From positions 65,918,464-65,982,463 of the forward strand of contig NC_043011.1 of the NCBI RefSeq assembly GCF_006345805.1: a stretch of DNA of 64,000 nucleotides, read 5' to 3'. Below the pieces are notes generated by a model. That model was not told where the DNA came from. It did no database searches and saw only the letters and a program-made list of their open reading frames with translations. Below, piece after piece: positions 57,168-64,000 of this stretch. Both the position numbers and the translations under genes were made by a program. The DNA comes from Octopus sinensis. Taxonomy: Eukaryota. The stretch's first letter is position 1. Every line of letters begins with the position of its first letter.

Positions 57168-57627
57168 TAACTTAAAATTGTTTGATAGATTGCCGTCAAT
57201 TCATTCTCTCTTACCTGTTTTTGGTCTGCCTTCCAATTGCTGTTTTTACTGAGATCTCCCTTTTTAGTAGAAAGAAATAGCTATAACTCTTTGACTGCTA
57301 TTTCTAAATTGGTATGTGGTAAGGCAATTCGTTGCTAAACCCTTTATTGCTTGTATGTACTTAAATTTTCCTCGAATGAGGCTTTTAATGCCGAAGACTA
57401 CTTGGTGTTAATTGATAATTATTCCAAAGAAGGAAATTTCCCCCTTCATTATTACAGATATATAATATATATATATATATATATATAAAATATATATATA
57501 ATATATCTATATAAATATATATATATATATAAATATATATATAAATATATATATATATATAAATATATATATATAAATATGTATATATATATATATAAAT
57601 ATATATATAAATATATATAAAATATAT

Positions 57628-57700
<73 letters not shown>

Positions 57701-57769
57701 AATATATATATATAATATAAATATACATATACATATATATAATATATATATATATTAAATATATATATA

Positions 57770-60700
57770 TTAACGGGAAGCTTTATGAAAATAAACAAAA
57801 GACGAAGGCAGGTGGAAAACAAACGAACAATTGTATTAGTATGGCGCTCAGGAAATATAAATAAAACAAGTCTTTAACGTTTCGAGCCTACGCTCTTCAA
57901 CAGAAAGATACACAGAGAGAGAGAAAACACAGAAAGAAGGAGAGAAAAATGCGTGCAGTAGCTAACGAATCAACATGGCGATCTGATTTCGGCCAGAGGT
58001 CAAAGATCAAACATGAGACGCGAGAGCGAAATAAGGGGAGATAATAGGGTTGATAAAAGGGTTGAGGGACCAGCTAAAATGCGTGGGAGGGGTTTGGATG
58101 TGTGTATGTATAGGGTTGGTGTATGTATTAGTATGTATAAGGGTGTGTGTGAGAGAGTATAAGTGCGTATGCGGGGTATGGACGTGTGTATGTATAGGGT
58201 TGGTGTAAGTATTAGTATGTACTAGTATGTATTAGTACGTATTAGTATGTATTAGTTGGTGTGTGTATTAGTATGGCACATCATATGTGATGTGATGTGT
58301 AAAGTCATGTGGTGTAGTGAGGAGAATAGGGGGGAAGAGGGGGGAGAGAAGGGGAGGGAAGAAGAGGGGGAGGGGAGGGAGAGGGGTAGGAGAAAAGGGG
58401 GAAGAGGAGGGATGGGGGGAAGGAAGGGGAGGAGAGGGATGAAGGAGGAAAGAGGGAGAGGGGGAGAGAGAAGGGGAGTGAGGGAGCAGAGGGAAGGGGA
58501 AGAGGGAGGGAGAAAGAGGAAGAAGGGAGGGGAGTAGGAGTGAAAGGATGAAGGACTGAAGAAGCGGGGTCGGGGGGAGAAAGGATAGGTGAGGATGGAG
58601 GATGGGGGAGAGGGGGGTTAGAAGGATGAGGGAGGGGGGAGGGGGGGGAGAGTTGAAGACCAAATGGCGTTAAGAGCGAAGAGAAGATTAATTCCTGTTC
58701 ACGGCGCAAACGGGAATCCGGATGGCCTCTTTGTAAGGACAAACCGAACAAAGATAGCTGTTGCAAGGAGTGACCGGTGGAGCGGAAATGGCGTGAGACC
58801 GGTGTGTCGTTCGCAAGGTGGATGTCACGAAGGTGTGTTCCGCGAACCGTCAGCCAAGCGGCGTCCCGTTTGGTCCGATGTACAAGGAATTGCAGAGAGA
58901 GCAAGCGATGCAATAGATAATATTGCTGGAGGTGCAGGTGAAGGAGTGGATGATGGGATAGGGTCGATGGTGGGTGCTAGTGAGGCGGGTGGTGTTGGAG
59001 AGGTAAGGGCAAGTGCGGCAACGTGGGCGGGAGCAGGGGAACGAGCCGGGTTGGGAGTTAGGGTCAGGGAAAGGAGCTATGGACCAAAAGGTCTCGAAGT
59101 TGTGGGCTCGTTTGAAAGAGGGGAGGGGGTCGGTTAGGGAAGAGGTGTGAAGTGGACGGGTCGGACTGAGATTACGGAAAGCTCGAAGAATGGTGCGTTG
59201 GAGACGTAGGGGTCGTGGGGTGGTGTAAGTGAGGGAAAAAGGGAGGCGGGAAAGGGAGGCGGGATACAGGGAGGGCGGTTCGGGGAGAGAGAGCAGATAC
59301 ACGGTCCACGGACCGTGCTCTGGCGGGCGGTGTGGATAGTGGTGAGGGGGTATCCACGTAGGTGAAGTGGTGAGCCATACGTTGAGACTGAGTCTCAAGT
59401 CATGGTCGTCACTACAGAGCCTACGTAGACGGAGGAATTGGGAATAGGGATGGAAAGCTTGGTGTGTTCTGGGTGGGAGGGAAGAGAAGTTGAGGTATGA
59501 GTGTGAGTCTGTGTGTTTGTACTGAATGGAGGTGGTAAGAGTGGAGTGAAGAATGCTAACCGAAATGTCGAGGAAGGAGACAGAGGTGTTGGAGATAGTG
59601 GAAGTGAAGTGGAGGGCTGGATGGAAAGATTGGATGAAAGAGAGGAAGGAATCTAGATGTTCGCGGGAGAGTGAGGTGGCACCGATAATGTCGTCAATAT
59701 AACGACCATATAGTTCAGGAGTGGGACCAGTGAAATTAGAGAATATTTGGGCCTCAACGAACAGGTTCGCATAGTTGGGGCCCATTCGCGTTCCCATGGC
59801 CACTCCCGAGACCTGATGGTAGAACTCGCCCGCGAACGAGAAGCAGTTCAGAGTAAGGACAAGTTCGGCCAGACGAATGAGTGTGGAGGTGTCAGGTACA
59901 GGGTTAGAGCGGAGGTCAAGAAAGTGTCGAAGGGCCTGCAGTCCTTCGTGGTGAGGGATAACAGTATAGAGGCTTTGGATGTCCATAGTAAAAAGGATTT
60001 TGGAGGAGCCGGGAGGAAAGGAGAAAGAGTTGAAAAGCCGGAGAGCATGGTTGGTATCGTGGATGTGGGAGGGAAGAGATGCCACTAGGGGGGCAAGTAC
60101 ACGATCGAGGTATTTAGAGATGAGCTCCGTGGGGCAGTTACAGGCGGAGACGATGGGGCGGCCAGGGTTTTGGGTTTGTGGATTTTGGGAGGAAGTAAAT
60201 GGTGGGGGTACGTGGGGTTCGCACAATTAGGTTGGATGCGGTGCGGGGAGACGGGAGGACGAGATGAGGACTTGGACAGTAGAGGATACCGTCTGTTGGT
60301 AGCTACGTGTGGGGTTAGAGGGCAGAGGGGAATAGAAGGAGGTGTCATTGAGTTGGCGGAAAGCCTCGGCCCTATAGAGGTCCGCGCGCCACACCACTAC
60401 AGCTCCACCCTTGTCAGCCGGTTTGATGATAATGTCAGCGCGCCGTTGGAGGGAACGAAGAGCCAAGAGCTCAGCCGGGGAGATGTTGAGGCGGCGTTGG
60501 CGCCTGGAGAAGTTGAACCGCTCCAATGCACGCTGACAAGCGCCCGCGAAAAGATCCACTGCTAGGATCTGGCCAGGGGCAGGCGTCCACGGGGATGGTC
60601 GGCGGCCCAGGCCAGTGAAGCAGTCGTCCTCTTCGTTGGGTGTGGGTGGCGAGTCGTGGTAATGCGCCCCAACCGGACACGGCGCACAAAGCTGTGGACA

Positions 60701-61322
60701 TCAACTCGCGTCTGGAATTCCTTACAGGATGGAGTGAGGGGGATGAAACGCAGACCCCTACCAAGGACGGAGCGTTCAGCCGTAGAGAGGGGGAAGATCG
60801 GGGGAATGGTAACAACAGACGGAAGTGGAGAAGGGGTGGGTGGAATAGAAGTAGGAGGGGTGGTAGGTCTCGTGGAGGTCTGAGGGGGAGGGATTGGGGA
60901 GGTGTGTGGGGGTGGTTGGGCGGGGCAGTAGGGTTAGGTGTAGGTGGATGGGAGCCTAACGGGAGGGGAGAAGGGGTGTAGGGAGGGGCAGTGGGGTTAG
61001 GTGTGGGTGGATGGAGCCTATCGGGAGGGGAGAAGGGTGGTGGAGGAGTTGGGGTTGTGGCGTCGGGTAGGGTGGAATGGAAGAGTGATTGGAGTTTACG
61101 AAGTTTGGTATCAGAAAGAAATTGATGGAAGAGTTGATTCAAATGGATAATGAAGCGTAGCGTGTTTGGAGCATAGAGAGGCGGCAGAGAGGAGAAGAAG
61201 GTGGAGAAAGCAGGAGGAAGAAGGCGGTTGATGGCATGTAGTTTGGAGAGATTGGAGCGAATGGTGGCCCGCATAAGGCGGTAAGATGTGGTGCGGATGG
61301 CCTCTGTGTAAGGACAAACCGA
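57770..61322 (-). mobile_element. Near-complete Penelope-like element (N-terminal domain, Pro-rich linker, RT, GIY-YIG, pseudo-LTR), frameshifted
   Basis: RPIVSACNCPTELISKYLD, FTMDIQSLYTVIP, GVAMGTRMGPNYANLFV, RYIDD; TCTSSNIIYCIACSLC..LYIG; ORF broken at several points. Confidence 0.93.
57871..57908 (-). ncRNA. Minimal hammerhead-like motif with A6U core change
   Basis: TCTTT-CTGTTGA-A-GAGC(GTAG)GCTC-GAAAC-GTT-AAAGA. Confidence 0.5.
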
Positions 61323-61324
61323 AC

Positions 61325-61805
<481 letters not shown>

Positions 61806-62051
61806 CACTCAGCTGTAGGAATGAGTTGCGACGTCACTGGTGCCAAGCTGTATCGACCTTTGTCTTTCCCTTGGATAACACTGGTGGCGTGGAGAGATGG
61901 GAGGCTGGTATGCATGGGCGCCTGCTGGTCTTCCATAAACAACCTTGCCCGGACTTATGTCTAGGATGGTAACATTCTAGGTGCAATCCCATGGTCATTC
62001 ATGACCGAAGGGTGTCTTTACTCTTTATATAAATATAAATATATATATATA

Positions 62052-64000
62052 TACTTTGATACTTTGATACTTTGATAGGTTTCGGCCATTATTGGCCCAG
62101 GCCATGTCTAACTTAATAGCACCACCTGGTGAAGTCTTTCAAGTCAGAATTTGGGCACTATGGCCCACTCAAGTAGAGAGTTATTGTTTACAGAGACATA
62201 TCCGGGTGTAGGGGGTTTGTCCGGGATTTCTTGAAGGAATCTGTCCAAAGACTTCTTGAACCCTATAGGGTCAGTTTCTGTTTTAATGCGTTTTGGTGTA
62301 ATGTTAAAGAGAGCGGGGCCAATTGAGGTGAAATAATTGTGCCGTATTGTTGTTATGAGATGAGAGTGCGATTTTTGTTTTGGGCGGATGGCACGGGGCC
62401 CAAGCCTTGGATGTACCTTAAAGGTGATGCCAACATCATTTGGGCAATGCTGATGGAATATTTTCCACATCATGCAGATGATGTAGCGCTCACGACGACG
62501 TTGGAGAGAATAGAGTTTTAGCTTTTCTAGTCGACCCCAATAGTCGAGGCCTGTCATGCCATCTATCTTTTTTGTGATTGCCCTTTGAGGTGCTTCGACT
62601 TTTATGATACCTTGTATTGTGTGGGGAGACCACAGTGGACAACAGTATTCAAGGTGGGGTCGGGCAAAAGTGGAGAAGAGAAGGATAATGGTGTGGATAT
62701 CTCTCGACTGGAAAGTTCTGAGAATCCAGGAACACATTCTGCGGGCCATGTCAACTTTGGTGTTTATATGAGTGGCCCAGCTTACGTTGTTGTCCACAAT
62801 TACTCCCAAGTCTCTGATGTTGTTGGACGCCGTGAGAGTTTCACCTGAAGGAAGGGAGTATGGGAGTTTCAGGGCATCCTCTTTTCCAAAGTGGATTAGC
62901 TCAAATTTATCCTCGTTCAGCAGCATATTGTTTTTTCTGCCCATTGGATAACAGCCAGTAGATCTGACTGAAGGCATGTCCGGTCACTCGCCTCATTTAT
63001 GACCTTCTGTAGCTTGGAGTCATCTGCAAAGATTTTTATGTTGCTGTGCTTGATGATGTCATTAATGTCATTAATGTAAATGATGAAAAGAAGTGGGCCC
63101 AGCACAGTGCCTTGCGGAACGCCACTACTGACTTTGGCTGGGCTTGATTTTACCCCTTCAACTACAACATGTTGAGATCTGTCTGTCAGGAAACACTTAA
63201 TCCATTTCAGTAACTTTCCAGAGACACCAATGTTGGATAGTTTTTTCAATAGGATCTTGTGATCGACCCTGTCGAAGGCCTTACTGAAATCAAGGTAGAT
63301 GACATCGGTGTTGGAGCCCTCTCCCAAAGCTCTCAAAATGTCCTCAAAGTGATGCAGGAGCTGCGTTAGGCAGTCCCTTCCATTACGGAACCCATGTTGG
63401 TTGGAGATCAGCCGTCTGTTGCTTTCCAGAAATTGGGTTATTTGAGATCTCACCACCCTCTCAAATACCTTGATGATATGAGAGGTGAGTGAGATCGGAC
63501 GGTAATTCACTGCAAGGGACTTGTTTCCCTTTTTGAAAACTGGGACAACAGACTGGGACAGAAGGTTTTTTGGAATATAGCCAGCATCCAGTGAGTTTTC
63601 TCCACAGATTAGCAAGGGGAGATGCAAGTTGGTGTCGACACACCTTCAGGACACAAGCAGGGAACCTATCGGGGCCTACTGCTGAATTGTGTTTTATTTC
63701 GTTTATCGCCGCTAAGACATCAGGGGCACTAAACGTTATGTCCGATATAGTGTGTTGGGGTTGACATCACTGATACAGCCCAGATCGGCCATATCAGGAT
63801 TGCTGAAAACAGAGCAGTATTGTTTCTGCAGTATCTCGGCCATGGATTTGGCATTATCTTGGAGAGTGCCAGTTTCGTCAATTAGAGGGCCTACAGTGGA
63901 GACAGTGACCCTGCGTTTCCTCGCAAATGAAAAGAACACTTTGGGGTTGAGTTTGATTTTTTCAATGGCCCACTTCTCCTCAGCTGATCTTTGGTTATTG
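62052..64000 (-). mobile_element. Young CR1-group LINE (subfamily B) running off the window end
   Basis: RT NYRPISLTS, LDFSKAFD, GVPQGTVLGP, FADDS; single-base indels in A-runs near 62935 and 63597; (TATCAAAG)3 tail. Confidence 0.95.

Larger units (their letters stand above)
56353..57456. mobile_element. Penelope-type pseudo-LTR in an inverted + direct arrangement
   Basis: About 56353-56700 is the reverse complement of 56991-57355; 56701-56856 repeats directly at 57309-57454; contains hammerheads. Confidence 0.8.

Overview
AT-rich, microsatellite-dense animal DNA, most likely cephalopod/Octopus (inferred from the repeat landscape, not verified). Most long ORFs in the track are retroelements: CR1-group LINEs, a tandem stack of R4/Dong-type REL LINEs in (TAA)n, Penelope-like elements with hammerhead-bearing pseudo-LTRs, Tx1 fragments, plus mariner/Tc1 remnants and tRNA-derived SINEs. 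Between them, and missed by the ORF track, is a + strand tandem cluster of a small five-coding-exon gene family: a 3' partial gene (G1), a pseudogene (G1b) and two complete genes (G2, 107 aa; G3, 99 aa). The complete genes encode a signal peptide, a six-cysteine module (C-x7-C-x13/14-C-x8-C-x8-C-x9-C), a short Ser/Lys linker and a hydrophobic GPI-signal-like tail. Exon sizes (40/100/85 nt) and phases (1/2/0/0) are conserved while the amino acids are highly divergent. Gene models were built by hand from splice signals and paralogue comparison and need RNA-seq confirmation.
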